Source of the DNA: Mobula hypostoma
Taxonomy: Eukaryota
Direction of reading: 5' to 3'
Length of the DNA: 64,000 nt
Assembly (NCBI RefSeq): GCF_963921235.1
Contig: NC_086108.1
Span: 95,482,001 to 95,546,000 of the forward strand
Below are positions 1-12,164 of this stretch, piece by piece (the stretch's first letter is position 1; each line of letters starts with the position of its first letter). The notes beneath the pieces are model-generated. The model made no database searches. It was not told the DNA's origin and worked only from the letters and a program-made list of their open reading frames with translations. The translations under genes and the position numbers were made by a program.

Positions 1-726
1 GATCTAGTTTATGGAAACCAGACTATGTTAGTTCACTCTCCCTTTTCCTTATGCACTCTTCCCATGCTCGATCCCTGCCTGCCCTTTGTTCCCTCTCTCC
101 ATGCCTCACCCTTCCGTCTTTGTTATTCTTGTAAAACGATCATAAACAAGTTTTATGCCTCCTTAACTTCTGAAGAACCTTTGGATCACAAAAATATTAG
201 GATCCAACAGTTCCTACAGTTTGCTGATAGGTTGAAATTATTGAAAAAGGAGGCTTATTAGACCTAATGTGACCTGATGCAGCATTTTTCTGCTAAAAAT
301 GGGCTGAAGTTTTTCGAATGCCTATATATCTGTGATTTAATCCAATCAATACTGTCAAAACAATATTAAACAGCAAATACAGCTTAAAGCGTATGTAGCA
401 TTGAGGACTGGGACAGTTATTTGGCAAAAGATTGGAACAAAAGTTTCAGTTTAAGTAGGTCTGGAAATCAACACAGGTAAGTAACATATATCTATAAAAG
501 TAAGAATATTTATAGGGACAGGAACATGACCTGCTAAACGTGAAAAAAGCTTTATTTTACCATAAGCAATATTTCCAAACAAATGGCCTTGGAAACATTT
601 GGTGGTTTCAGCCATATTCACAAGCTGAACAAATACTGAGATTCATGATAAGCTGAAGGACAACTTATTCATGTCAATTAACTCTGGGTATAAATAATTT
701 CAGATTGTTAATAAATGCTGAGTTTA

Positions 727-1797
727 CACTCAGTGAGTGGCCACTTTATTAAGTACACCCATACACCCGCTCGTTAATGCAGGTATCTAATCGGCCAATC
801 ATCTGACAGCAACTCAGTGCATAAAAGCATGCAGAAATAGTCAAGAGGTTCAGTTGTTGTTCAGACCAAACACCAGAATGGAGGAGTGATCTAAGTGACT
901 TTGACCATGGAATGATTGTTGGTACCAGATGGGGTGGTTCAAGTATCTCAGAAACTGCTGATCCCCTGGGATTTTCACACATAATGGTCTCTGGAATTCA
1001 CAGGGAATAGTGCGAAAAACAAAAAAAATCAACCAGTGGCAGTTCTGTAGGTGAACATGGCTTGTTAATAAGAGAGGTAAGAGAAGAATGGACAGACTGG
1101 TTCAAGCTGACAGGAAGGTGACAGACTTAAATAACCAAGTGTACAACAGTGGTGTGCGGAAGAGCATCAGCGAATGCAAAACATTCAATAGACAATAGAC
1201 AAAAGGTGCAGGAGTAGGCCATTTGGCCCTTCGAGCCAGCACCGCCATTCACTGTGATCATGGCTGATCATCCACAATCAGTATCCAGTTCCTGCCTTAT
1301 CCCCATAACCTTTGATTCCACTATCTTTAAGAGCTCTATCCATCTCTTTCTTGAAAGCATCCAGAGACTTGGCCTCCACAGCCTTCTGGGGCAGAACATT
1401 CCACACATCCACCACTCTCTGGGTGAAAAAGTTTTCCCGCAACTCTGTTCTAAATAGCATACCCCTTATTCTTAAACTGTGACCTCTGGTTCTGGACTCA
1501 ACCATCAGCGGGAACATGCTTCCTGCCTCCAGTGTGTCCAATCCCTTAATAATCTTATGTTTCAATAAGATCCCCTCTCATCCTTCTAAATTCCAGTGTA
1601 TACAAGCCCAGTCGCTCCGATCTTTCAACATATGACAGTCCCGCCATCCCGGGAATTAACTTTGTGAACCTATGCTGCACTCCCTCCATAGCAAGAATGT
1701 CCCTCCTCAAATTTGGAGACCGAATGTCGAACTGTGAAGTGGATGCGTTTCAGCAGCAGAAGACCACACCGGGTTCTAGTAAAGTGGCCACTGAGTG
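727..1797 (+). mobile_element. Non-autonomous Tc1/mariner element, interrupted by a CR1 insertion
   Basis: TIRs CACTCAGTG(AGTG)GCCACTTTATT and AAAGTGGCCACTGAGTG, TA on both sides; decayed Tc1 N-terminal HTH coding (DLSDFDHGMIVG..SISETAD); no DDE domain. Confidence 0.85.
1187..1721 (-). mobile_element. 5'-truncated CR1 LINE 3' end nested in Tc1
   Basis: ORF 1278..1565 is the CR1 ORF2 C-terminus (SRTRGHSLRIRG..FFTQRVVDVWN); (CTATTGT)n tail. Confidence 0.92.
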
Positions 1798-1962
1798 TAC
1801 ATTGGAGGACCAAGGCTTTGCTGTTCTTCAACTCTGTCATTGTGAAACTGTAGAAATTAATAACAAAGAAGGTGGCCTTTCTGTTTGCTCTGCTAGGAAA
1901 CTATAGTTGTAGAGATTAATTCCATTTCTCAGCTCTTGTACATGCAGCACTTCAGGTGCACA

Positions 1963-2348
1963 CAGGTCCTCCCTAGGTCACAAACAGGTGACATAGACTG
2001 TCTACAAATACTGTATGTGGTTAGGGAGCTGGTGGATTGGATTAGCCGGCACTTGAAGGGCTGCGAGCATCTTTTGCTGGGGGGCAATGAGGTATTTCTG
2101 TGCGACTTCTCTCCTGCCCATACTGCCCCTCCAGGCCGCTACAGTCAGGGGCTGGGTTGAACTGGGCAGAGCTGGGAGAGCTGAGCAGACACGTTCACTC
2201 ACTCACTGAGTTAGTGAGGCTGCCCGCTCGCTCTCCAGCTGCAGGTGTTTCTGTGATCCTCCAGCTTTGTTCATTTCTAACTTACGAACAGGTCAGGCTG
2301 CAAACGCCTCTCAGCATCGGAAACCTGTTGTAATCTGAGGACTACCTG
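1963..2348. mobile_element. Old Tigger/pogo-like MITE
   Basis: Degenerate TIRs CAGGTCCTCCCTAGGTCACAAAC and GTTGTAATCTGAGGACTACCTG+TA, resembling the ends of the Tigger at 53911-54759. Confidence 0.5.
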
Positions 2349-2579
2349 TACCAAAGAAAGGAGGCAAGCATTTCCCTAATCCCTTGCATTTCTTCTACCA
2401 CTTAACATCAATCTATGCTGTCTGTTATTAATTGCTCTGCCAAATAAACAGAAAAATACACATATCCATCCCATCCACTCTATTTAGATCACTCCTAATT
2501 TTGGAAACTCAAATCACTTTCTCCCCTGCCTCCTTCTTTGCCAATCACACAACCCCAGCCTAAATAATCATTCCCAAAA

Positions 2580-2652
2580 AGAGAAAATCTGCAGATGCTG
2601 GAAATCCAAGCAATGCACACAAAATGCTGGAGGAACTCAGCATTTTATGTGT
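2580..2652. mobile_element. Minimal Penelope-terminus insertion with 10-bp TSD
   Basis: CTGCAGATGCTGGAAATCCAAGCAA..AAAATGCTGGAGGAACTCAGCATTTT flanked by ATTCCCAAAA at 2570-2579 and 2653-2662. Confidence 0.65.
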
Positions 2653-3170
2653 ATTCCCAAAAGTAGAATTGTTCTCAGATCTGGCAACAAATCTTTCGAG
2701 CATAGAATACTCAACTCTACTTTTCCTTTCATCCTACTGTTATCAGTCTCTTGAACAGATCTCTTGTACGATAAGATGGACTCTTGTCCTCACAATCCAC
2801 CTTGTTATGATCTTGCACTTCATCATTTACCTGCACTGCACTTTTTCAGTAGTTCTTACACTTTATTCTGCATTGTTATTGTTTTACCTTATTCTACCTT
2901 AATGCAATATAATGATTTGATTTGTATGAATAGTATGCAAGACAAGCTTTTTCACTCTATTCTTGGTAATGTGACAATAACACACAAGTACCAATACTAA
3001 TAGCAATAATGAATAGTGAGATCATTGATATGTACAATATTCTAACGGACTTCACAGGGTAGATGGGAACTAACAGTTCTTCTGGCTAAGGGGTCAGAAT
3101 CTCAAAATAAGGGACAAGCAATCCGGGACATTGATCAGAAAAAAATGCTTTCCCCAGAAGGTGGTGAATA

Positions 3171-3221
3171 CACTCTGTGGCCACTTTATTGGGTACCTCC
3201 TATACCCAATAAAGTAGAGTG
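3171..3221. mobile_element. Tc1-TIR hairpin mini-element
   Basis: CACTCTGTGGCCACTTTATTGGGTA..TACCCAATAAAGT-AGAGTG with TA flanks; same TIR family as 727 and 46442. Confidence 0.7.
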
Positions 3222-3904
3222 TATTTGTGGTCTTTTGCCCTATCCAGCACTATCATACCTTTCCTACAATGCAGTGCCACACCTGGAATTGAATCTAGGG
3301 ATATGGCCGACTGATCCTAAAAGCTGCAGAACCTGATGTCAAGTACACATAAGTTAACTCGGCCTGGGGCTCAAGGCGCCCAAGTTCAAGTGCCTACTCA
3401 AGCTTAAGTCTGAGTGAGACGGAGTTTATGGTGAAGATCTTGGGGTCTTGGTAATGTCCATGGGCACTGTGGGTCAGAACAGGAAGTGATTCCCAGATAT
3501 GTGATCAGCATATCTACAGTAATCTAACTGTGCCCTATGTGGTATATCTTGAAGATCATACATAATCTCTGTGTTTTTATATTCAGTGATTGTGTTAATC
3601 ATTTTACTGTGACTTCTTCCTTATCTCAGCTGCTATAGAAACTTAAGACTCTGATCTCAAAAATTCTTCTGTCCTTTTTCACATCTTGGCTCTCTATAGG
3701 CACAATGCACATATTTCAAACTGAATTCCATTTTTTAATCTCTCTTGTCTCTGATACCTTTTGCAGATTACAACATTCTTCATACTAACAACCACATAAC
3801 CATTGTTTTGTAACTTCCTCAGACTTTTTAATGATGCTGTCAAGTATAACTAAATCACTTATTGCACAAAATCAAGGGTCCGGCACTGGAAGTACCCTTC
3901 TAGT

Positions 3905-4445
3905 CTCTTAAACACTGCTGCATCACTGTGTGGTGCAGAAACTGCCCGCGGCTGACAGGAGGTGGTTAGAACTGTCCAGTGCATCACTGGCACCAGCCTA
4001 TCTGCCATCAAGGACATAGAGCCAGAAAGGTGCCAGAAAAGGGCCAGCAATATCATGAAAGATCCCACCCAACCTGCTTATGGACTGTTTGTCCCACTCC
4101 CACCAGGGAAGAGGGTACGTAGCATCCACTCCAGGACCACCAGACTCAAAAAGTTACTTCTCCCCAAGCTGTCAGGCTGATCAACATCTCCACCCATTAA
4201 CACACCCTACCACACCTCACCATCACTACCTGTACATCACCTAGCGTATATCAGTCTATATAACGGTTAATTGTACATTGTTTAATAGCATTGCTTTTAT
4301 ATTTATATTTTCTGTGTTTTTTGTTTTTTAATTGTGTTTTTATGCTTATTGTGTTTTCTCTGCTGCATCAGATTCTGGGTAACAATCATTTCATTCTCCT
4401 TTACACTTGTCTACTGAAGAATTTACAATAAACAATATTGAGTCT
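3905..4445 (+). mobile_element. Rex1/Babar-like LINE 3' fragment
   Basis: ORF 3962..4180 (RCQKRASNIMKDPTQPAYGLFVPLPPGKRVRSIHSRTTRLK), typical of this clade's RT C-terminus; AT-rich 3' UTR. Confidence 0.75.
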
Positions 4446-4639
4446 TCAATTTGCAAACTATTTCAGTTTGTCCAAATTTGCATAAAACACTCCAATTTCT
4501 TTTTGATACAAAGGGTTAGTTCTTTATTGATCAGTCTGTCAAATGGAACCTTTTTATTATTCCTTGAACTGGGTACCAAGATATCTCATCACTGGCTCCA
4601 GTGAGCTATTTAGCATGGCAGTGGTTTAAACTGACATCA

Positions 4640-4950
4640 CGGACTGAGCCAGCATTTAATTGCCCATCCCCAGTCGCCCTTGAGAAGGTGGTGCTGAGCT
4701 GCCTTATGGAACAGCTGGAGTCCGTAAGGTGTGGGTAGACCTACGATGTTGCTAGGGAGAGGTCCAGGATTTTGACTCAGTGACTGTGAAGGAATGGCGA
4801 TATTTTTCCAAGTCAGGGTGGTGTGGGGCTTGAAGGGCAACTTTCAGTGGTGGTAATCCCCGTGCCTGTCCTTCTAGCTGGTAGAGGTGGTGGGGTTGGA
4901 AGCTGCTGTCTAAGGAGTCATGTTGATTTGCTGTAGTGCATCCTGTAAGA
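4640..4950 (-). mobile_element. Old CR1/L2-type LINE 3' end
   Basis: ORF 4637..4840 (LPSNIVGLPTPYGLQLFHKAAQHHLLKG) resembles a LINE ORF2 C-terminus. Confidence 0.6.
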
Positions 4951-5164
4951 TGGTAAGGAATCTGCTGATACTGAACATCCGTGATGGATAGATGATGGAC
5001 GATCTATCCAGAGTTAAGAGGTGAGTTTCTCTCTGGAGGATTACTGGTTTCAGAATCAGGGTTACATGCTATGAAGGTTGTTGTTTTGTGGCAGCAGTTC
5101 AGTGCACGATATAAAAAAATAATGTTTTAATAAACAAGATAATTAACTAATGCAAAAGGGGAAA

Positions 5165-5458
5165 GAACATAAGACCATAAGATACAGGAGCTGATTTAGG
5201 CCATTAGACACATCGAGTCTGCGCTGCCATTTCATCCTGGCTGATTTATTAACCCTCTCAAACCCATTCTCCTGCCTTCTCCCCATAACCTTTGATACTG
5301 TGACTGATTAAGAACCTATCAACCTCTGTCTTAAGTATATCCAATGACTTAGCCTGCACAGTCATTTGTGGCAATGAATCTCACAGATTCATCACTCTCT
5401 GCCTAAAGAAAATTTTCTTCATTTTATTTTAAATGGATGTCCCTCAATTCTGAGGCTG
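5165..5458 (-). mobile_element. CR1 3' end
   Basis: (TCTTATGG)-type tail; antisense of the FF.QRV.NLW region. Confidence 0.8.
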
Positions 5459-5467
5459 AGCCTAAAT

Positions 5468-5680
5468 TCCCAGCTCTTTACTTCACCCCCTTCCCCTCTC
5501 CCGGTTTCACCTATCACCTACCACCTTGTACTTCTTCCTCCCCTCCCCCCAACTTTTTACTCTGACTTCTCATCTTTTGTCCAGTCCCGATGAAGGGTCT
5601 TGGACCAAAATGTCGACTGTTTATTCCTTTCCGCAAATGCTGCCTGACCTGCTGAGTTTCTCCAGCATTTTGTTTGTGTT
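5468..5680 (+). mobile_element. Penelope-like terminal fragment with degenerate hammerhead
   Basis: Pyrimidine-rich segment, then AGTCCCGATGAAGGGTCTTGGACCAAAATGTCGACT and GCTGCCTGACCTGCTGAGTTT as in the 55122 element. Confidence 0.75.
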
Positions 5681-7575
5681 TCATTACACATCACCCAATC
5701 CAGAATTGCCGTTCCCCTATCGGGCTCAACCACAGGCTGCTCTAAAAATCCATCATGTAGGCATTCTACAAATTCCCTCTCTTGGGATCCAGTACCAACC
5801 TGATTTTCCCAAACTACCTGCATATTGAAATCCCCCCATGATTACCACATCATTGTCCCTCTTACTTTTCTTTTCTATCTCCCATTGTAATTTGTAGCCC
5901 ACGTCCTGGCTATTACTCAAAGGCCGGTACTTAACTCCCATCAGGGTCTTTTCTCCCTTGCAGTTTCTTAACTCTACCCACAAGGATTCTACACCTTCTG
6001 ATCCTATGTCACCACCTGCCGAGGATTGTTTTCCAATACAGCCACTGCACCCTCTCTGCCTATCTGCCCATCCATTCAATACAATGTGTATCCTTAGCTG
6101 TTAAGCTCCCAACTACGATCCTCTTTCAGCCGCGACTCAGAGGTGCCAACACCATCATACCTGCCAATCTCTAGCTGCACCACAGGATCATCTACCTTAT
6201 TCCGTATACTGTGCGCATTCAAGCATAACAACTTCAGTCCTGTATTCATCACCCTTTTTGATTATTTTGGCCCCCTGTTACACTCTAACTCATCCCACTG
6301 AATGAAATTCTGCCCTATCATTTGTCTTTCCGTCCTCACAGCCTCTCAACACACTGCCTCTGCTTGTAACCCAACTTAACCAATCCTCAGACCTATTTCT
6401 CTGGTTCTCACCACCCTGCCAAATTTGTTTAAACCTTCCCAAACAGCTCCAGCAAATCTGCCCCCAAGGATATTGCACCCCCCCCTTGGGTTCAGGTATA
6501 ACCTGTCCTTTTTCCTCAGTAGAGATCCCAATAATCCAAAAATCTGATATCCTGCCCCATGCAACAATTCCTCAGCCACACATTCATCTGCCAAATCATC
6601 CTGTACTTACCCTCACTGGAGTGTGGCACAGGCAGTGACCCAGGGATTACTAAACTGGAGGTCCTGCTATTCAGCTTCCTACCTAACTCCCTATATTCTC
6701 TCTTCAGATCCTCCTCGCTTTTCCTACCTGTGGCACCTCTATGTACCATGACTTCCTGCTGTTTATCCTCCCCTTCCGGAATGCTGCTGGCCCGAGCCGA
6801 GGCATCCCTGACCCTGGGATCTGGGAGGCAACATACCCATCGGGTGACTCCTTCACGTTCACAGAGTCTGCTCTCTGCCCCTTTAATTATGGAATCCCCT
6901 ATCGTTACTGCTCTCCTCTCCTCCCCTTCCCTTGTGAACCACAGAGCCAGGCTCAGTCACTGCTAGGTCAACCCACTGCCACCCCCAATAGTATCCAGAG
7001 TGGTATACTTATTATTGAGGGGGACGGTCACGGGGTGCCTATTCCCTTTACCTCTCCTGACCATCACCCAGGTACATGCTTCCTGCAACTTAAGAGTGAC
7101 TACCTCCCTATAGTCTATCTATCACATCCTAATTTTCCAGTATGAGCTGAAGGTCATCCAGCTGCAGCTCCAGTTTGTTAACATGGTCCCTAAGGAGCTG
7201 CAGCTTGATGCACTTTGTGCAGATGTAGTTATTAGGGAGACTGGAATTTCCCACATCTCACACAAGGAACATACCACTAAGCCTAGATCCATTCCTAGCA
7301 CACTAGCTATGTACGAACAGAAAAAGCTTACTAAAAAATTTCTTTCTTACTTACTTAGAATCTCCGCCAGTGCTTGCCCAAGCCTGTTGAGCCAAAGCCG
7401 GACCACTCTGACACTGGCCCGCTCCCACAAGGGCAGCTCTGCGTACACCTCCTTTCTGCTTATTGGCCCCACGCTGATTTCAGCCTGCTAAAAGAAAGTT
7501 GAAAATTCCCGAGCTCTTTTTAAACCTGGCGCTGCGTCACAACAAATGACTTCTCAGGCTGATTTCAGCCCACTG
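5681..7575 (-). mobile_element. 5' half of an older CR1: 5' UTR, ORF1 (Cys-rich/leucine zipper plus SGNH esterase), start of ORF2 endonuclease; degenerate
   Basis: ATG at 7292 (MDLGLVVCSLCEMWE), ICTKCIKLQLL..LELQLDDL; ORF 6516..6749 esterase-like; ORF 5753..6079 (VESLWVELRNCKGEKTLMGVKYRP) is APE endonuclease. Confidence 0.85.
6427..6433 (-). promoter_or_regulatory. U_UUA_AAC slippery heptamer at the CR1 ORF1/ORF2 junction (older copy)
   Basis: ORF1 frame GGT TTA AAC; -1 frame reads FKQIWQGGENQ (ORF 6290..6478), homologous to FKLEWLGGGNQ in the young copy. Confidence 0.55.
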
Positions 7576-7579
7576 AATG

Positions 7580-8070
7580 GTGGTGGTAGTGCCCGTGGGT
7601 TCATGGATCATTCAGAAATCTAATGGCGGAGGAGACGAGACTGTTCTTAAAGCATTGAGTGTGTACCTTCTCCCTGATGGTAGTAATGAGAAGAGGTCAT
7701 GTCCCAGATGGTGAGGGTTCTGAGTGATGGATGCCACCTTTGTGAAGCACTGTCTTTTGAAGATGACTTCGATGGTGGGGGAGGCTTGAGCCCTTGATGG
7801 AGTTCTGATCTGCTCACGTAGCCATTGTGTGTACATGGCTACTCCAGTTCATTTTCTGGTCAATGGTAACTCCAGGATATCGATAGTGGGGGTTCAATGA
7901 TAGTAATGACAGGAGGTGCATTTTCTCTTGTTGGAGATCATCAATAGCTGGCTCTTAAATGGTGCAAATGTTTCCTTGGCATCTATCAACTCAGGTCTGG
8001 TTATTGTCTGGGTCTTGCTGCGTTTGGATGTGGACTATTTCACTATTTGATGGGTCTGGTATGCGCTGAT
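7580..8070 (-). mobile_element. Rex1/Babar-like LINE fragment
   Basis: ORF 7612..7836 (KVASITQNPHHLGHDLFSLLPSGRRY). Confidence 0.7.
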
Positions 8071-8656
8071 CATAGTATTTCTAACACTTCCTCCTTCCTG
8101 ATGCAGGTGTGCTCTCCTCACTTAACTCTCCCACATCCTTCTTCCTGGTGAATACTGATGAGAAAGATTAATTTATGAATTCACTCGTATTCTTTGGCTC
8201 CACACATAGATTACCACTTTGGTTCTAGGTGACTCACTCCTCCCTTAGTAAACCTCTTGTTTCTGATATAAAAGGTTTGAGGATTCTCCTTAATCCTACC
8301 CTGCAAGTTAATTTCATGGCTCCCATTGGAAGTCTGGAATGTCGAGGCCCGTTGGCCAGAGCCGAGTCTGTGAATCTTTGCGAGTCCTCTGGGGAGGTTG
8401 AGTGTGTGTCCACTCATGGCCTGTCCGGTGATTAAAGGACTGTGTATGTGCACGGGTGGGAGGGAGGAACAGGAATTGTGCTTGGTGTGGTTGTTAATGC
8501 TATTTGTTGCTTGAGTTGTCTATGTTGTTCTGCTGAGTTGTCGCTGTTGCTATGTTGTCGCTGGAATGTGTGGCAACTCTCGTGGGCTGCCCCTAGAACA
8601 TCTGAGGTTGTGTTGGTTCTTAATGCAAACAATGCATTTCACGGTGTTTTGATGTA

Positions 8657-9828
8657 CATAGAAACATAGAAAACCTACAGCACAATACCGGCCTTTCAGC
8701 CCACAAAGCTGTACCGAACATGTCCTTACCTTAGAACTACCTAGGCTTACCCATAGCCCTCTATTTTTTGAAGCTCCATGTATCCATTCAGGAGTCTCTT
8801 AAAAGACCCTATCGTATATGCCTCCACCACCACCGCTGGCAGCCCATTCCATGCACTCACCAGTCTCTGTGTAAAAAACTTACCCCTGACATCTCCTTTG
8901 TACCTACTTCCAAGCACCTTAAACTATGCCCTCTCATGCTAGCCATTTCAGCCCTGGGAAAAAGCCTCTGACTATCCACACGATCAATGTCTCCCATTAT
9001 CTTGTACACCTCTATCAGATCACCTCTCATCCTCCATCACTCCAAGGAGAAAAGGCTGAGTTCATTCAGGCTATTCTCATAAGGCATGCTCCCCAATCCA
9101 GGCAACATCCTTGTAAATCTCCTCTACACCCTTTCTATGGTTTCCATGTCCTTCCTGTAGTGAGGTGACCAGAACTGAGCACAGAACGCCAGGTGGAGTC
9201 TGATCAGGGTCCTGTATAACTGCAACATTACCTCTCAGCTCTTAAGCTCAGTCCCACGATTGATGAAGACCAATACACTGTATGTCTTCTTCACCACAGA
9301 GTCAACCTGTGTAGCAGCTTTGAGTGTCCTATGGACTCAGACCCCAAGATCCCTCTGATCCTCCACACTGCCAAGAGTCTTGCCATTAATGCTATATTCA
9401 GCCATCATATTTGACCTACCAAAATGAACCATCTCACACTTATCTTGGAACTCCATCTGCCACTTCTCAGCCCAGTTTTGCATCCTATCAATGTCCTGCT
9501 GTAACCTTTGACAGCCCTCCGCACTATCCACAACACCTCCAACCTTTGTGTCATCAGCAAATTTACTAACCCATCCCTCCACTTCCTCATCCTGGTCATT
9601 TATAAAAATCACAAAGAGTAGGGGTCCCAGAACAGATCCCTGAGGCACACCACTGGTCACCGACCTCCATGCAGAATATGACCCGTCTACAACTACTCCT
9701 TGCCTTCTGTGGGCAAGCCAGTTCTGGATCCAGAAAGCAACGTCACCTTGGATCCCATGCCTCCTTACTTTCTTAATAATCCTTGCATGGTGTACCTTAT
9801 CAAATGCCTTGCTAAAATCCATATACAC
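8657..9828 (-). mobile_element. 5'-truncated CR1 (RT to 3' end)
   Basis: ORF 9337..9828 (YMDFSKAFDKV..GVPQGSVLGP..FADDTK); (TTTCTATG)n tail at 8657. Confidence 0.92.
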
Positions 9829-10239
9829 GTTTCGGCACAGACTAGAAGGGCCGAATAGTCTGTTTTCTGTGCTGTAGTGTTTTATGGTTCTATGGTTCCT
9901 AAATCACTGAGAGTGGGGCACAGTGGTTGCATGGATTTGGCTGCACGTGTGTATGGTTTTTGGTCCTTCTGCCTGCGACCATGTGGGCTTCTCCCAGTTT
10001 CTTCCAACATCCCAAAGATGAACCAGTAATTAAGATTATAGTAGAACGTGTAATATATTGTAAATTACCCTTCTGTCTGCCCAGGGAGGGGTAGCACCTC
10101 TGGTGAATGGAGCTTGTTGTGTCCATTCCAGGGCAGCTCACTCACCTTTGGTCCTCACCGGAAACTCGGCTCTCACCCGTGGCCCCAAGTAGCTGTTTGC
10201 GTGCCACAGCGGCCACACCCCGGTACATTGCTTCGACAG

Positions 10240-10668
10240 TCTCCAGCCCCTTGGTTTGAACATAGAATTCTCCAACTTCCAGTAATTCCCTCCCCCTCCC
10301 TTCCTCTATCTCTATGTCACTCTGCCCCCTCCCCCAGCTGCCTATCACCTCCCTCATGGTTCCGCCTCCTTCTACTACCTGTTGTGTTTTCCCCTATTCC
10401 TTCTTCACCTTTCCTGCCTATCCCCTCCCCCACCCCTTTATCTTTCCCCTTTCTGGTTTTTCACCTGGAACCTACCAGCCTTCTCCCTCCCACCCTCCCC
10501 CCACCTTCTTTATAGGGCCTCTGCCCCTTCCCTCTACGGTCCTGACGAAGGGTTCCAGCCCGAAACGTCGACCGATCTTTTCCACGGATGCTGCCTGACC
10601 TGCTGAGTTCCTCCAGCGTGTTGTGAATGTTGCTTTGACCCCAGCATATGCAGGTTATTTTGTGTTTA
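10240..10668 (+). mobile_element. Penelope-like element 3' end
   Basis: End of ORF (LQPLGLNIEFSNFQ*, compare LQPDGMNIDFSNFC* at 55549), pyrimidine-rich UTR, terminal repeat. Confidence 0.85.
10537..10574 (+). ncRNA. Minimal type I hammerhead ribozyme
   Basis: CGGUC-CUGACGA-A-GGGU(UCCA)GCCC-GAAAC-GUC-GACCG: full core, stems I and II pair. Confidence 0.75.
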
Positions 10669-11939
10669 CCAGGTGAGGGTAGCCGGCAGCCTCGTACCCT
10701 GGCCAGTTAGGTACATGCCTGTCCTAGCATGCAAAGTCAGTTCCGGTGGACTTGGCAGATGAGATCTACAGCAGCTGGGAAGGCAGTACTGCAATGCTCC
10801 GCGGAAAGTGAAGGGCGTGACAAGGTACAGAGGACATCATGGTCATCCACGGCAACCAAGGAAGACCCCAGTTTGTGATGCTTGTTTGTACCACTGGACC
10901 TGGACTTCGGAGGTCAAGAGAGTGGAACTGCCTGAGTGCAACAGCTTTAAAAGCTCTCCTGCACAGGGAGAACATGACTGATGAGGTTACTCAGCTGGGC
11001 ACTGACATGAGCCTGATGGACTAAATGAACTTCTGTAATAACTGACATCATTAGCATGCAGCAGATAAATTATCAGCAAGATTATTATCAAGATTATACA
11101 AACTTCCCCTCAGATGAAACAGGGAGATATGAGTGAACTATAGCACTAGTGGGGAAGCAGCTTCAAAAGTGTAAAGATAGTTCTCAGAAACTATTTCTTA
11201 TATCATCTGAAATCAAACTGCTACCATTCCTTGTGATTAAACAAGGCCTTAAGACTTTTACCCATGAATATAGAAGGGAATCTGTGTTCTAGCCCAGAGG
11301 CTATGGTTTTAGATTTATAATTTTTCTTCTGATGCAAAATTTTAATCTATTTAAGGCAGAAACACTAATGGAGATCTGTCAGATGCAAACCAGATGGCAA
11401 ATAAAGCTAACCAACAATAAATCAAGCACTTCTGTTTTGGTTCTTGAGCCAAAGAGCAATTGCCTACCATCTTTCCCTGACCTCCCATAAGCCAGAGGAA
11501 GATGACAGACAGAATTGCCTTTAGGTATATCTCCTTAACAGTCTGCAAAGAAAGTGTCGCCAAAAAAACATTATTTATGTAAGTTACAGAGCCATACGGC
11601 ACAGAAAATGGTTGTTCAGCCCACCGAGTCCACGTTAACCTTCAAACACCCATTTACACTCATTTCATTATGTTCTCACCAACTCCTCTCATACCCTACT
11701 AACCACCGTCACACAAGGGGAAATTTACAGTGGACAGTTGCTCTAACAACTTATATATAGTTCATCAGCATGAGGACGTAAAACAAGGCACATGCAGAGA
11801 AAACTTGGAAGGTAATCTAAGAAATTTGGTATACAAGGTAAAATACAAAATCTCCCTTGCTACGTGCGCAGTGTAGATCCAACTGCACAGGAAAGGAGTT
11901 GAGTGTGTACTTATCTTGGTATCACTGATGGCACAGGGT

Positions 11940-12041
11940 AAAATGTACAATCTCCGCACAGCCAGCACCAGAGGCCAGGATTGAATCCATTTCGATGTAG
12001 TTGTGAGGAAGCAGCTCTACTCCTTGCACCACTGTGCTCCC
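11940..12041 (-). mobile_element. tRNA-derived SINE head, degenerate
   Basis: Minus strand GGGAGCACAGTGGTGCAAGGAGTAGAGCTGCTTCCTCACA..GGATTCAATCCTGGCC, A/B-box-like. Confidence 0.55.
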
Positions 12042-12164
12042 TAATCTTGGAGGTGAAGGAACTAGGAAACCATACAGAGCTTTTACGAGACGTGGAATAC
12101 CAGGTACAGTTTTGTTACCCTTGTCTAAAGGTGGAAATACCTGCAATGGACATTTTGTTGATGA

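Larger units (their letters stand above)
10075..10950 (+). mobile_element. Probable RTE-type LINE 5'-UTR-like repeat, interrupted by a Penelope fragment
   Basis: GC-richer segment that continues on both sides of the 10240-10668 insert; resemblance to RTE 5' regions by eye only. Confidence 0.35.

Noticed and set aside
25..261. 78-aa ORF with faint LINE-like wording (FYASLTSEE..IQQFL)
   Set aside because: Too short, no diagnostic motif and no supporting flanks
5583..5618. Hammerhead-like motif (also ~30455, ~57530, ~48856-48891)
   Set aside because: Catalytic core mutated (e.g. CCGAUGA, AAAA for GAAA), so not called as a ribozyme
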